Virus record (IMG/VR): IMGVR_UViG_3300033463_000010
Location: 96,001-160,000 of that record
Source of the DNA: a virus
Lineage: Duplodnaviria; Caudoviricetes
Direction: 5' to 3' (one strand)
DNA length: 64,000 bases
Under the pieces are notes generated by a model. That model was given only the letters and a program-made list of their open reading frames with translations, was not told where the DNA came from and searched no databases. Position numbers and translations under genes: made by a program. Of the stretch, positions 9,390 to 22,072 are shown piece by piece. How positions within the stretch are numbered: the stretch's first letter is position 1; each line of letters opens with the position of its first letter.

Positions 9390-10430
9390 ATGGATGTCAC
9401 ACAGTATGGTGCCGAAACCGTCACATACGCTCACGTACACGCATTATTGAAGACTCTAGGAAATCGTAGTAGAGATTTTATACGATGTTTTGATATAACT
9501 TCTATATGGTGCTACAAGTATGCCTATATAGTTTTACAAGGCTTTCTCCCACGGGGTCTTATAGCTTGGGAACAGCATCACATTGTCCCTGTATCTTATT
9601 ACAGGTCTATTGGTTTGCCGTGTAGTAGGCGTGACAGACTAATATGCAGGAACAATCTTACAGAACTTACAATAAAGGAACATATATTCGCCCACTACTG
9701 TATGGTCAACTGTTGTACGCATATTAAAACGAAGCGAAAACTAATTAGAGCGTTTTATATAATGTTTTATGGCGTAAGCGAAGGCAATCGTGTGTATAAC
9801 GAACTCTGTGGCACCCCATACTTTATGGCGTTTGCGACTATCACAGAACAACAGGTTTTGGGTCATTTAAGTTCCGTTACATTTGCCAGGAAACCCAACA
9901 ATTTGGTTAAACGACAGATTGTTAGGGAATATCACAGACACCCTAAATACCCGATTGCTATTATCTATTCCTCGCCATTATCTATATATAGGGCATACGT
10001 AAAACATTATAACCCGCTAACTCTAGTTAATAAAAACTATTGCAAATGGCTATCACGTGTATTGTGCATATATGCAAGGTATGTGCGTATGCTTGCAATA
10101 GAACTTGCAGTAAAGAAGAATGTGCGGTTTAGCGACTATATACTGCGTCCTGTCCCTATAGCATACAAAACTAGGTTACTATCTGTTGACGTGTGCCATA
10201 GATTGTGGCGTGGGTCGGTCTTCGCTACATTAGACTATATTGATACCTATTTAGGTGCATCCCCAATCCCGATAGAATTAGAAACCCCGCATAGCCCTGT
10301 AATACAGTTAGGGTATAACGGTGGACTACCCTCACAAAAACCTAAACGCCCTATACGATATGTCCGACATATACTAGATACTGTTGTTTGTGACGAACCA
10401 CTTGTAATGCTCCACGGCTGTGGACTATAA
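9390..10430 (+). CDS. HNH homing-endonuclease-like protein
   Basis: EQHHIVP...NNLTELTIKEHIFAH motif; AT-rich with atypical codon usage. Confidence 0.65.
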   Translation: MDVTQYGAETVTYAHVHALLKTLGNRSRDFIRCFDITSIWCYKYAYIVLQGFLPRGLIAWEQHHIVPVSYYRSIGLPCSRRDRLICRNNLTELTIKEHIFAHYCMVNCCTHIKTKRKLIRAFYIMFYGVSEGNRVYNELCGTPYFMAFATITEQQVLGHLSSVTFARKPNNLVKRQIVREYHRHPKYPIAIIYSSPLSIYRAYVKHYNPLTLVNKNYCKWLSRVLCIYARYVRMLAIELAVKKNVRFSDYILRPVPIAYKTRLLSVDVCHRLWRGSVFATLDYIDTYLGASPIPIELETPHSPVIQLGYNGGLPSQKPKRPIRYVRHILDTVVCDEPLVMLHGCGL

Positions 10431-10505
10431 GCGTAAATCTTGCGTAATGCAATCACGTGGTCGCAGTCCCACGCACATAGTGTCCCTAGTATTTACTATA
10501 TACGT

Positions 10506-10537
10506 AAAAGCCCCGCAAGGAATCCCTGCGGGGCTGT
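10506..10537. terminator. terminator at the convergence of + and - gene blocks
   Basis: aaaagccccgca..tgcggggct; U-tract on - strand. Confidence 0.8.
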
Positions 10538-10582
10538 AAGAAGGAGAAAATAGGACACACATTATCCTACACCAAATATAAC

Positions 10583-11445
10583 TTAATTCCGATTCAAGCG
10601 GTCGTATTCCCTACGCAGCACGTCGTATTCGTGCTGCTTACTGCTCAATTCCCGTTGCAGGTGCCTGTTCATATCCACCAGGTTATCGTAGCCCTGGCAG
10701 CGTAGCCTGTATTTCCTGGTCCGCTGCACCAGGTCCCGCATACGCCTGCGGTCCGACCCGTGGGTGAACATACACCCTAGCGTAAAGGCGACGAACGCCA
10801 CAAACAGATAACTCATTTGTCCCCCTTGCGTTTGGCGAATGCGTCAGCCCCATAGTGGAATTTGTAGTATAGGTCCATTCCGCACTTCGGGCAGACACAA
10901 TCGTAGTTGCGGAGTTTGTCATAGTCGCACTTCGGATTTAGGCACTTCATTGTCGCCCTCCCGCTTACGCAGCATCTTACACAGCATAAGGTTGTCCCAT
11001 TTCAGTTTGTCGTTTTCGTGTTCCAGGTCACGGATTTGCTCACGGGCGTTCCTGTGGGCGTGTAGGTAGCCCAGGGTCCAACAGCAAAGGACGCTGACAC
11101 CCATTTGCCAATTATCCGTCAGTATGCTCCAAATAGCGTCTGTCATTCGTCCCTCCCCGTCGCCATCTTGTGAAACGCCCTGGCTTTCGCTTCCCATTCA
11201 GCAGCCTTGTGCTTCCAATCCTTGACTTCCTCTTCTAGCATTTGAACGTCGTGTTCCGCACACAGGTTGTCCTGTTCTAGTTGCGTATTACGCTCCCGCA
11301 GCAAACGTATTGTTTCGTTGTAGTCTTCGGACGCACCCCGCAGCAACTTGCGGTAGTGGCTGTCTTGGAAAAAGCGTCCTATCGCATACCCTAGCATTAG
11401 GGCATACACGCCCGCCAGGATATTCAATCCAACATAGTCTATCAT
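10583..11445 (-). CDS. three small N-terminal-TM plus coiled-coil proteins (10583-10816, about 10919-11146, 11143-11445)
   Basis: hydrophobic helix ending LG(C/Y) followed by heptad-like tails. Confidence 0.55.
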
Positions 11446-11820
11446 AGGTCCTCCAGGTTTACAGGTTCAAATTTCATTACGGGTTTCTCTAGCCCGAACG
11501 CACGGGCGAGCAGGTCAGCCATTACCAGGCTTGTCTTTCCCACTAGCGGATAGCCACTTTCGGGCGGGGGTGTGTTCGGGGCGTAGCGAACAGGCGTTTT
11601 TCGGGTGTCAATTTTTGGCATATTCTAGGTAATCCCTTATATTCATAGTTTGTGTGTAAAATCGGTAGGTAGGGTTTTTAACTTGTAAGCAAGGGCAGGC
11701 GGGGCGGGGGGCGTTGTTCGCCTGCCATAAATATAACAAAATATCTAATACAATACCACGCCCCCGCTAGAAAATCCGCAGCGTATCGGAAGTGAATATA
11801 ACACTTTACCCTGTGCAGTG

Positions 11821-12087
11821 CTACTTGAACCCGCAGATACGTTTTATAAGGGACTTGCAGTCGTCTGTGCAGGCGTAGTAGCAGCAATCCCCGACCAGGT
11901 TGGGATTAGAGCCGTGGTTTTCCATAAGCCCCTTTGTGACAAGTCCCTCGCATATCACGCCATCGTTTGACGTGGGCTGTGTGCAGAAGTGGTTACGGAA
12001 GGCGACCTTCCCGTAATCGTAGCCTAGCGTATGTTTGATAATGTCAATTTCGGCTAGGGATAGTTGAATGTGGTCCAGGTCTAGCAT
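11821..12087 (-). CDS. hypothetical phage protein (RNHFC motif)
   Basis: behind TGTTATATT element at 12115. Confidence 0.65.
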   Translation of the reverse strand: MLDLDHIQLSLAEIDIIKHTLGYDYGKVAFRNHFCTQPTSNDGVICEGLVTKGLMENHGSNPNLVGDCCYYACTDDCKSLIKRICGFK

Positions 12088-12605
12088 AGGCGGTTGAGCG
12101 GGGGTTGCAGGTGGAATATAACAGATTACAGAATGCCCCGACGTTCAACGGTTCGGGCATCCAGGGAAAAGGTGGCACCGCAGACGGAGCAGCGTTTGAC
12201 ATAGACGGGTTTGCCCGTGAGCGGGTCCATACGGGGCTTCACGTCGCCCGCCAAATTGGAAATAACGGGCTTGACGGAGTCCTCGGAATTGCACAGGGGG
12301 CAGCGGGTCCAGGTGTGTGAGAGTTTCATAGGCAATATAACAGGTTATCTAGTAAAGGGCACAGTCCACGGGCGACGTGTCGTCCTGGGTCCAGGGGACA
12401 AGCCACCCGTCGGGACCTGTGACATACTTGACAGCGGGGGTTAGTTTCGGGAAGTAGCCCCACCTGCCGTTGTAGAACCGCCATTCGGTCTGTGGCGGGT
12501 CGGGGGTTTCAAAGTTGGGGTCCTGGTGGACGGACCCTGGGTCCCAATCGCCCATAGTGTAGTTTCCTTGTAATGGTGACAGTGTGTCGGGGTGGATATA
12601 ACAGT

Positions 12606-13988
12606 TTACCTGCGGTATTGTGCAAGGTAGGTGGAGTTGACGGCTTGTTCCAGGGTTTGCCAACGGGCGTATTTGGCTTCGGGAATGGTGACGGCAAATG
12701 CGTTGGCAAGGACTGTGGCGAGTTCGCCAGGTGTAATGGGAAATTCGGACAGGCGTGAGTTGGGACCTATGCCCTCGGTTGAGCGTAGGAAGCGGTCGGC
12801 AAGGTAGTCTGTGACGTAGTGCGTGATTTCGCAGCCGTCGGCTACGATTAGCTTGTCCTGTATATGGTCCTTGCAGCAGTGGAACGATGCAGGGGACCAG
12901 GTAGCCTGGAAGCCCGTATGCTTGCAAACGACGAGTGGCGTGTAGCCGTCGTGGTTGTAGTCAAGTTTGGCGTATATGCAGTCAAGGCAGTTCATAGCTA
13001 GGGAAGTTTTTCGTGTTCAACGAAGTGCAGGATAATGTCGCAGGCTTTTTCCAGGTCGTCGGACTGTGCGAACTTGGCACTGTAATCATACACGAAGTCG
13101 CCCGTAGGGTGTTCCAGGAAGACTGTGGTGCCGTCCGTAGTGACGAGTATGTATTGCCCGCTGAACAGGTCCACGGAACCCTGCGGGAGTGGCTTGGCGT
13201 TTTCGGGGAGTGACACAATGCCGTCGCCCTGTTCAACGAACTGCCGTGTGCTGATGCGGTGCGTGTTTCGGAGCAGCAGCGGGCGGGTGTCGCCTGCAAG
13301 CCGTTCCTGGAGCCTGTCAAAGATACTGTCTATCGTAAAAGCCATAGGTCATTTGAGCCATTCGGGTTTGGGGAAGTGCGACGAATAGGTGATTTCGTCG
13401 GTTTCTGTGGATTCAACTTCGTGTGCGTCGTCCCAATAGGTCCGCAGGTCGGTTCCCGTGGGCAGGTAGCAGACGATAATCGCAGCGGTGAAATTGTGGT
13501 CTTCGTCCTGGGTGTAGCCCGTAATCCAATAGGGGCATTGGATAGGCTTGAGCGATTGGAGCGGGCGGGGGTCGTCCACGGATTTGGTCTTGAAGCGATA
13601 GCGTGTGTATGACATAGGGTTTTCCTTATTGGATTAGGGTGGTTTCGGCTTTGGAAACGTGCCCGTTAATGTCAACCGTCCTTTCGTCGTCGGTAAGGTT
13701 GGCAAGCCGTTCGTTAAGTGCGTCAATGGCTTCCTGGGGGACGGGTCTGTTCGTATTGTGCGACGGCAGGTTTGAATACGTCCAAAATACCAGGTGCTTC
13801 GTGTAGGGGTTGAGTTGCAGGCATTCGCCCGACAAGGTGTTCTGCGTGATGATACCGCACAGTCGGCTAGACAGCATAGCGTGGACGGGTCTGCGGTTGT
13901 CGGGTGAGTAGAAGTAGAACGGCTTGTCAAATTCGGGAACCTGTTCCTTGAACGACTTCCAGGCGTAGGGCTGCTTTTCTGTTGACAT
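12606..13988 (-). CDS. operon of four hypothetical proteins (12606-12995, 12998-13345, 13349-13615, 13626-13988)
   Basis: 2-10 nt spacing; promoter element at 14013 and ccgagg RBS. Confidence 0.7.
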
Positions 13989-14027
13989 AATACCTCGGTA
14001 TGGTTGAAAGTAAATATAACAAATTAT

Positions 14028-15214
14028 CTAACGGTCGTCCTTGACGCAGCAGGGGGCGTTGTCAAGCAGCGGGAAGCCCCCGCAGTAGAACGGGCGGTGT
14101 TTTTCTGCCTGTTCTTCCACCCACCGTTCAAAGAACAGGGTGTTGTTCGGGAAGCGGTAGCGGAACGATTTGTGCAGGTCGGAAAAACCTACGTTGCACA
14201 ATATGTCGTAGGGGTCCTGGTCGGTCTTGCTCAAAAGGACATACTTGTTCCGTGGGTAGTTGAAGAATGACACTTTTTCAAGTCCCCATTTTTCTTCGGG
14301 CGTGTGCCAGGGATATACCCAGGTTTCGGTCCCGTCTTCGGACTTGAAGAACTTTATGCCTGGGTAGTTCTTCTCCAGGATAAACTTGAACGCTTCTTCG
14401 GTCATTCGTCGGCTCCCTGGAAGCAGGACGGTATCGGGTCGTCAATGTAGTTGGCTGAAAAGTCGGGCTGCGGTGGTCCGAACTGTTCCACGATACGGGA
14501 CACTTCGGCTTTGGCGATTTCGTCGGACATTTCCGTGCTTTCGTCGTAGCGGGCTACGATTAACCCGTTGTAGCGGATAAAGGCGAGCATACCGTAGTCT
14601 TCAACCAACGTCCCACGGGGACGGCAGAATTTCGCTTGATGCAGGGTCGTATAGGATTCAATGAACGTCCCCAGGGGGCACGTTTCTTTGGTAAGGTTGA
14701 ATTTGGCTAGAAGCAGGTCCAGGACCTTGAGGGCTTTTTCGTTCGGGGTCATACGTTTTCCTTTTGTTCGGGTTCGTCATCATACGGGGGGTTCGGGTGT
14801 TCTTCGCACCATTTGGCGAAGTCGCCCATTTGCTGCACGATAACCTTTTCGTCTTCTTCACGTTCCCGTATGAACTTTTGAAGACCACGTTGGTTATACC
14901 TGCACCCTAGTTCGCCTTTGGCGTTTTCGTAGATATAGTCTTCGTTATCCCCGAACAGCTTGCAGGTCGGGTAGTTTTCCTGGTAATCGTAATCTTCGTA
15001 GGGGCAGTTCTTACAACGCATATCACGGCTTCGTTACAATGTAGTTTATGCCGTTGTCGCAACGGCAGGTGACGTAATCCCCTGTTTTGAGTTCCATATT
15101 GGCTGCGGGGTCGTATTTGGAGCGTCGGGCGATTAGCTCTATGGAGCCTGCTTCTACCAGGAACAGGTCCCCGTCCGAATAGCGGATTAGTGCTTTGAAT
15201 GAGGTTGAAGTCAT
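14028..15214 (-). CDS. operon of hypothetical proteins (14028-14405, 14402-14752, 14749-15021 Cys-rich, 15023-15214)
   Basis: ATGA overlaps; 14749 resembles 54833 (MxCxxCPY..C..F..GC..N). Confidence 0.7.
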
Positions 15215-18134
15215 AGGCGAATATAACAGTTTACCTTGTTAGGGGCTAAAAATTTTTTTTGGGCTACCTGTTACGGTAGGTTCTTTTCAATGTAGTAGTT
15301 CCCGTTATGCTGCACGAACCCGTCGGGGCAGGTCAGTTTCCAGGATTTGTCGCTTCCGAACAAGTCGGTGAAACGGTCCAACTTGCAGCCGTGGTGCTTG
15401 CCGTCCTCGGTCGTATAGGTCGTCGGCTGTTCGGGACCGTCAGCCTGGGTTTGTTTGCGGAGCATAATCATAGGGACTACGCAGAGGCTCCAAAACAGGA
15501 CCACGGCAACTGTAATCGCTGTGGTGATTATAATTCGTTTCCAATCTAGTTTCATAGATGTGTTCCTCGGTTGTGGGTTAATAGCCTTTGCCACCGTGCT
15601 TGTCGGCTTCGGGGTTGGAAGTCACCCACCCCGTATGGTTGCAGTGCAGAAGTTCACGGCAGTCAAAGCAGATTTTGTGGTTCGGGTCCACGGGCGTGGC
15701 GTATGCCCCAGGCTTCCCGCAGACTTCGCAGATTGTCGTATTTTCTTCGGGTTCGGGTAGTTCCGCTATCGCAAGGTTTATACTTCCTTGCGTAAGGTCC
15801 ACGGTTTTTGAACCATACACGTCGTTGCGGGAAATCGTGATTTTGTCCGTTTCGCTAGTCTGCTCATACAGCTTTGCGACGTAATAGTAGCGTAAGGGGC
15901 TGTCGCACATTTGGACGAAGCCCTTGATTTCCCAATTATGGTCGGGGGTCATAGTGAACGTCGGGGGGCTAGACATACAGCTTTGTTTCAGCATTATACC
16001 TCTTGCCACCATATCACGGATTTTGTTGCCTAGATACGTGACGGCAAAATCCGCACGTTCCATAAGTTCTTGCAGGTCGTAGGCTTCGGGGCACTTGTCG
16101 TAATCTATTGTCATATAAAAACCGACGGGGTTAAAAGTGAATATAACAGGTTATCTAGTCTAGCAAAATCGGTGCAAAATTTTTTATGTCACAGTCGGAC
16201 AATCCATTATTCCGCATCGCTTTTAAAAGAATGCTTTTACCCTTTGGAAATTCCTGTAGTTCGTGTTCTACATATAGACGCAGTGGCAGGATTTCAAATC
16301 CATATAAATGGGTTAGAACCCAAAAGCCTTTTTTAAGTAATGCTTGGCACAAAGGGAACATCGGTTGGGCAATTCCATCCATTTGTTCGCAGATTGCGTT
16401 ACTGTGCATATATTCCCTAGTTTCTATTTGGACTTCGTTTGGAACTTGCGGGTGAAATTTGATTAGTATTTCCATATGGGGTTTCCTTTTAAATTTAAAA
16501 AAGGTTGAAAGTGAATATAACAGGTTATCTAGTATTCCGTAGAAACGTAGAAGTTTTGACCGCAGCGGGAGCAGTGGACCTCGTATTCTGCGGGTGTGTC
16601 GTCGGTAGCGGGGCGTGTGCAGTCGCTTTCCCAAACGGAGCAGGTTTTACCGCAGCACGGACACCACGCTTCCATATCTTCCTCGTTAAGGTGTGATACC
16701 ATACTCATAGAAAGTAGCCCCCTAGTGCAGCATTTTGTCCAATTTGAGCAGGAACGCTATGCCTTGCGTTAGTTCCATTTCACAGAAGAAATTCAGCAGA
16801 TATTCCTTGTTGTATTCAAGGAACCCTGCTATGGGCTTTGCGTGGGCGAACACTTTGGGACAGAACGACGGGAACGACATTTGTTCGTAGTCTAGCTTCT
16901 TTGACCGTTCGCTGTCTGCAACTATCTTTTCTGCGGGAAGGTATCGGTTGAGCCAGGTAAAGGCGTAGCGGATAGCCTGTTGGACGTGTTCTTCCTTGAC
17001 GTATTTCCAGGTTATGTATTGTCCTAGACCTAGCGTAAGGGTCACGTCGTCGGCTATGGTGCATTCTATGTGCTGATGGTCGGGGCTGTATTCTTCCTTG
17101 ACTATAAGACGGGCTACCGTCCCGCCATCTTCGGAACGTTCGTCCGCTTTCAGCACGACGCAGTTGGGGTATTCAGCCTGGATTTTGTGGAAAAATGTGA
17201 ATAAGTCAATGGCATCGCCCATAGGTTATTCCTCGGTTTTAATGTCTTTGTCGGGATAGCACCAAAGGTGCGTTGTAAGTAGTTGCCTGTAATGGGACAC
17301 GGGCAGTTCCCCGTCGCTTGAATAGATAACACGGTCGTGGAACTTGTGTCGGCTTGCGTGTTTCAGCGGTAGGTCCTTTCGTTTGAGCAGGATAGTTGAA
17401 TTGTCCTGCGGGACTTCCTCTTCAAAGCTACGCCAGGTTATAGTGCAGTGTTCGGTCTGTCGCATACGGTGTTCCTATGTCAGCAGGACGTGGAATGAAC
17501 GGATTACGAAATACACCAGGTAGATTATCGCAGCCAACAGAATGACTACGGCAAGACAGCAGCCACAGCCCTTGTCGTCCACGCACTCCGTATCGGAGCA
17601 GCAGAAGATAAAGACAAGGATAGCCACAATCGCTGCCGTGGCTAGACCGTATTCAAGGGGCGTAATCATTTGCGGGTCCTACGTGGAGCCTTACCAGGGT
17701 TAAGACTGTGTTCAAGCGGGACCAGGGCGAAGCCCTGGTGGTCTGTCAAGATATGCCCCTTTGAGCGGGCTATGTCTATTGCACTGATTTGTGTCATAGG
17801 TGCGTTACCATTTCATAATGTTGCGAATGAACTCACGCTGTTCGGGGACGTATTCGTTCAAGATTCTTTCCCTGCGAATGCCTTCTATCACCCCCAGGGT
17901 GAACTGTGCCAGGACGATTAGGAACCCTGCGATTAGGTGGACGTAAAGCGGGCACAGGAGGGACCAATGCCACGGCAGGGCGGTTACGGACCATACCTGG
18001 AACTTGCCCACTTCGGCAAAGTGCAGGATTACCGCCAGGATTGTGTAAATGACCGTGAGCGGGAAAAGTTTGGTTGAGAGTTTGGACAGAATGTTTAGGA
18101 ACAGTGTCATTTTGGTTTTCCTTTTGGTTATGGG

Positions 18135-18785
18135 TTAAACAGGGGCGTTTCCAAACGGTCCCCCATAGATTAAGGTTTTAGGTGTCTTCGGTTTGGTTTC
18201 AAACAGTATGTCAAACAGGTAGTCCCGCCTTACGCCTGCGTGTTTCTCGCACATTCCGTAATGTTCCACGGAGTAAAGGGCGGGAAGGCTGCAATTACAG
18301 ACAAAGCAGGTGGCACCCCCGAAATCTTTGCGGTGGCGGTCTTTGTATTCTTCGTAGGTTGGTAATGTCGGTATAATCTTGCGGGCATCGTCCTGGACCC
18401 TTCTCACGTTGTCGTCGGGCAGTTCGTCCAGGTATTGTTGAATTTTGGCGAACGGCATACCCTCGGTAATGAGCCGTAAATCGGCAACCGTTCTAGGCAG
18501 CAGGCAGTTCATTTTTATAAACAGGGTCATATCTTCCACGGACTTGAAGTCTTCACGGTCTTCCACCAACTTGCAGTGGTCGCCCAGGGTCCTGTGGACC
18601 ATATAGCATTTGCCTGTATTTAAGCCGATATACCATTGACGCTTTAAGAAATTCAACAGTATTTCGTCGGTATCTTCGTAGGCGTAGGTGTGGTCTATTT
18701 CCACGCAGATACCGCAGCAGAACAACAGGTTAATGATGTTGAATACTGCGTCCCTGGTCTTTTCGTCCCAATGAATGATAGTCAT
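18135..18785 (-). CDS. hypothetical early protein with C-terminal CxxC..CxxH
   Basis: directly behind promoter 18818-18846. Confidence 0.75.
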   Translation of the reverse strand: MTIIHWDEKTRDAVFNIINLLFCCGICVEIDHTYAYEDTDEILLNFLKRQWYIGLNTGKCYMVHRTLGDHCKLVEDREDFKSVEDMTLFIKMNCLLPRTVADLRLITEGMPFAKIQQYLDELPDDNVRRVQDDARKIIPTLPTYEEYKDRHRKDFGGATCFVCNCSLPALYSVEHYGMCEKHAGVRRDYLFDILFETKPKTPKTLIYGGPFGNAPV

Positions 18786-18817
18786 TTTCCCTCGGTGGTT
18801 GTGGTTTTACTATACCG

Positions 18818-18846
18818 AATATAACTAATTATCCAGGCGGTGTCAA
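18818..18846 (-). promoter_or_regulatory. promoter TTGACA-N17-TATATT (regulon member)
   Basis: tacct-aTTGACA...ggata-attagt-TATATT; aaccac..ccgagg leader. Confidence 0.85.
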
Positions 18847-19869
18847 TAGGTAATCTAACAAAATACCTAGAATTTTAATTGTATCGGGAACATAGGGTTT
18901 TCGGGGACGGGGCTATCGCCCAGGACGATATAGGCAGCGACAAAGAATGCCGTGAGCAGCATTCCGATTGTAGTTAGTCGGGCTTTCAATGACGTAATCG
19001 GGTCAAAGAAAATCGCTAGGCAGGTCAAGCCGATTGCACCGCCCAATAGATACATAATGTCGTAAGTAGTCATTGGGCTAGTCCTTTGTTATACGGAGTG
19101 TAAACGCTTCGTCCCAACGGGAAGCACCCACGGCACGGACGTAGCAGCCGTCCCGTTCCTGGGCGGGCTTTTTGAAGCGGGCGTGTTCACAGATATACTG
19201 CGTCTTCGTTTCACGGATTACGGGGTATCGGGCTATCCCGCCTGCGACAAACGGATTGTTCTGTTCAAGGATTTTCATAGTCTTTTATCCAGGTCTGTTT
19301 CGGCAGGGACTTCAAGAATGTAGTAGTTGGTCTGCTTGAAGTCACCGCACGGGGGTTGCTGTTGGTCTATGGATATTTCTATCCTGTCGTTATAGGACCC
19401 GCTGACCGTTACGGTCATAACCAGGTCTTTTCGGGCTTCGGGGTTGGTTATATGGACTATCATTGTAAAGTTCCTTTTACGTTAGCATCGGCAGAATGTT
19501 CGGGTTTTCCCTAACGATTTCGTCGTGGATTTCCTGGAACGTTTCCATTAGGGTTTCTTTGGCGGGTAGTCGGGAATAGACTAAATCGTGGAAATTGATT
19601 AGGCGGTCCCTGGTTATGAACCTGTGGTCCATAGACTGCGTGTCTGCGTGGACGTGGACGTTCGGGTAATCAAACCACCAGGTAAACATCACACTGCCGA
19701 TTTCAACGAAATTCCAGGTCCCACGCCTGCAATCGGAGCAGGCATAGTAGAACCCGTTGCGTCGTTGCTTCCCGCAAATCGGGCAGCACGGGAACGGCTT
19801 CAGCTTTCGGGTTTTCGGAATGGACCTGTGACGCTTTTTCATTGGGTTGTCCTTTTCGGTGAATGAAAC

Positions 19870-20532
19870 TTATATCGGAACAGTCTTGCAGAGTTCCTTG
19901 TTTTCGTTGGTCCATACGAACCAGGCGTGACACATAGTTGTCGCCCAACGGCTCCCGTGTTCGTCGGTAGGTTGCCCGTTGTTCCAGGTAGCCATACGCT
20001 TTGCGAACGGGAAGCAGAACTTGGGCGGGTGGTCAATAAGGAACTGCTGTCGCTTGTCGCCTTCCCAAAATTGGATTTTGAGAAAGAACGCCAGGTAGCC
20101 TTTCGGTGCCAGGTGCTTCAAGCATTTTTCTGTAAATTCCTGGGCGAGCGAATACGGGGGGTTTGAAACGATTAGGTCGTATTTCGTCTTCGCCATAATC
20201 GCCAACGGTTCATAGAGCAAGAAATCCTGGACCCTGGTGTTCGGGTAGCCACGGTCCACAAGGTCAATAAACACGTTCCTAGCATCCAGGGAATTTTTGA
20301 GCGAATGCGTGAAATAGTCTAGCGTGGCTGTCGCTATGTTCCCGTTGCCTACGCAGGGTTCCAGGAATGACCTGGGGGTGAAATCTTGAAAATCGGGGTC
20401 ATACGTGCAAAGTGCATTAAACAGAGCTGCTACGGCTTTCGGGTCAGTAGCGTAGAAATCATTTTCGGTTCGGTAGCCTGCCGACGGGTTGCCACCTGCA
20501 AGTTGGGCACCCGATAGGGTTGGAAATGCCAT
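19870..20532 (-). CDS. amino DNA methyltransferase (N6-adenine/N4-cytosine), SAM-dependent
   Basis: DFYAT, FLEPCVGNG (motif I), NPPY (motif IV), AWFVW. Confidence 0.9.
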   Translation of the reverse strand: MAFPTLSGAQLAGGNPSAGYRTENDFYATDPKAVAALFNALCTYDPDFQDFTPRSFLEPCVGNGNIATATLDYFTHSLKNSLDARNVFIDLVDRGYPNTRVQDFLLYEPLAIMAKTKYDLIVSNPPYSLAQEFTEKCLKHLAPKGYLAFFLKIQFWEGDKRQQFLIDHPPKFCFPFAKRMATWNNGQPTDEHGSRWATTMCHAWFVWTNENKELCKTVPI

Positions 20533-20564
20533 AAGGGTTCCTTGATTAGATTTTGTCCTGTATG

Positions 20565-20593
20565 AATATAACTAATTACCTGGTCCTTGTCAA
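20565..20593 (-). promoter_or_regulatory. promoter for the methyltransferase; second AGGTA-N6-TATATT copy at 20599-20615
   Basis: TTGACA-N17-TATATT. Confidence 0.85.
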
Positions 20594-21048
20594 TACCAAA
20601 TATAACAAAATACCTAGATAGGGTGCTGAAATAAGCCCCGTGGTCGGGGCTTTGTTATACGTTACTTCAAGACTTCGGATTCAAGCCACGGTTTCAGTTC
20701 TACGTCCCACCTGTCCCCGAAAGTCGTATATTCAATATCTACTTCTTTCGGGTTCATTTTTAGAATGTGCGACGGAACGTTCTGTCCCCAAAAAGTCAGC
20801 GGGTATTCCGTGTTGTTACAGATACATTTAGTAGAAACAATCGGCTTGCCCGCTTCTTTCTTTCCACCCAAATGAACGTCCCAATGTTCGGTCTTCGTCC
20901 CGTCGGTAACGTCTTCTATAAGGTGACAGCCACCCCCGTGCGGGAGTTGCAGGCAACTGCGAATAGCGGACATAACCTTTCGGATAAATTCCTGCTTCGT
21001 TAGGTCGTTGGATTCGTGTATGCGGATTTTTAGGGACATAGCGACCTG

Positions 21049-21957
21049 TTAGTTGGAGCGGTAGCAGTAGTAACCGCACGGGAGTTCAATTTCCTTGCCG
21101 TCGTAGCGGGCAAGTTCATTGGCGGGACCGTCGGCTTCGGTTATGGCTTCAGCAAGAGCATCCAGGTCCACAAGGTTATTTTCTTTTATGGCTGTATTAA
21201 ATTCTTTTTCGCCAAAGTTATCCTTGAACCACTGAATGTAGTCATCGCCCCAATCTTCAAGGCATTTTTCAACTGCATCTTCTTCGTCAATGTCGCCAAA
21301 TTCTTCCTTGTAGCGTTCGGGTTCGCTTTCCTTAATATCATTCACGTAAAATTCAGCGTCTTCACGTTGAGCGTCTTTGAACCAATCCACGTCAAGGAAC
21401 TGTTCAATGCCACCGAGGTTATCAAAGTTAAGACCCGTAATGCCGAGGTCGTCAAGAATCTGCTTAACACCTTCATTAGAGGCTTCTTCTGCGTCGCTGT
21501 AATCGGCATAGCAGTAGTATTCTTCGTCACCAAAGGTCACACAAATGCCGTTACCAGGTGCATAGCTTTCAAGGGCTGCGTCTTCGTAGTTATTGCCTGT
21601 TTCTTCGGCAAGTTCCTTGACCATAGCCTTTACTTCGTCGGATTCGTCTTCAAGGGCTTCGTGCTTGCGGGACTTGTAGGCTTCCATAGCCTTCTGCATA
21701 GAGCATTCCTTCTTTTGCAGGCTTTCGTCCGTAGAGCGGGAGTAAACCACCTTGCCGTCGTCCACGGAACGCAACTGCATAGCAACAAAAGCCTTGCCCT
21801 TGTTGTCTTCAATCGTGCCGTCAATGAGGTCCTTACGGATAGTCGGGCTGTCGTCAACGACGGCTGCTCTTGTGAGAACGCTTGTCGGTTCATAGTTCGG
21901 GTTAAGGGGCTTGAACTCCTTCATATCCCCGCCTTTGTAGTAAACGTAGCATTTCAT
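21049..21957 (-). CDS. highly acidic protein (possible DNA mimic)
   Basis: Asp/Glu-dominated C-terminal two-thirds; aaggag RBS; own promoter at 22073-22101. Confidence 0.7.
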   Translation of the reverse strand: MKCYVYYKGGDMKEFKPLNPNYEPTSVLTRAAVVDDSPTIRKDLIDGTIEDNKGKAFVAMQLRSVDDGKVVYSRSTDESLQKKECSMQKAMEAYKSRKHEALEDESDEVKAMVKELAEETGNNYEDAALESYAPGNGICVTFGDEEYYCYADYSDAEEASNEGVKQILDDLGITGLNFDNLGGIEQFLDVDWFKDAQREDAEFYVNDIKESEPERYKEEFGDIDEEDAVEKCLEDWGDDYIQWFKDNFGEKEFNTAIKENNLVDLDALAEAITEADGPANELARYDGKEIELPCGYYCYRSN

Positions 21958-22072
21958 AATTACGAAACTCCTTTAAGTTGTTTGTCCGTAAAAATAATAA
22001 AAATTCGGTAGGTAGATAAATTCGGTAGGTGACTTCCTGCGTTTCTGCGGGCTTCGCTGCCGTCCTGGTAAT

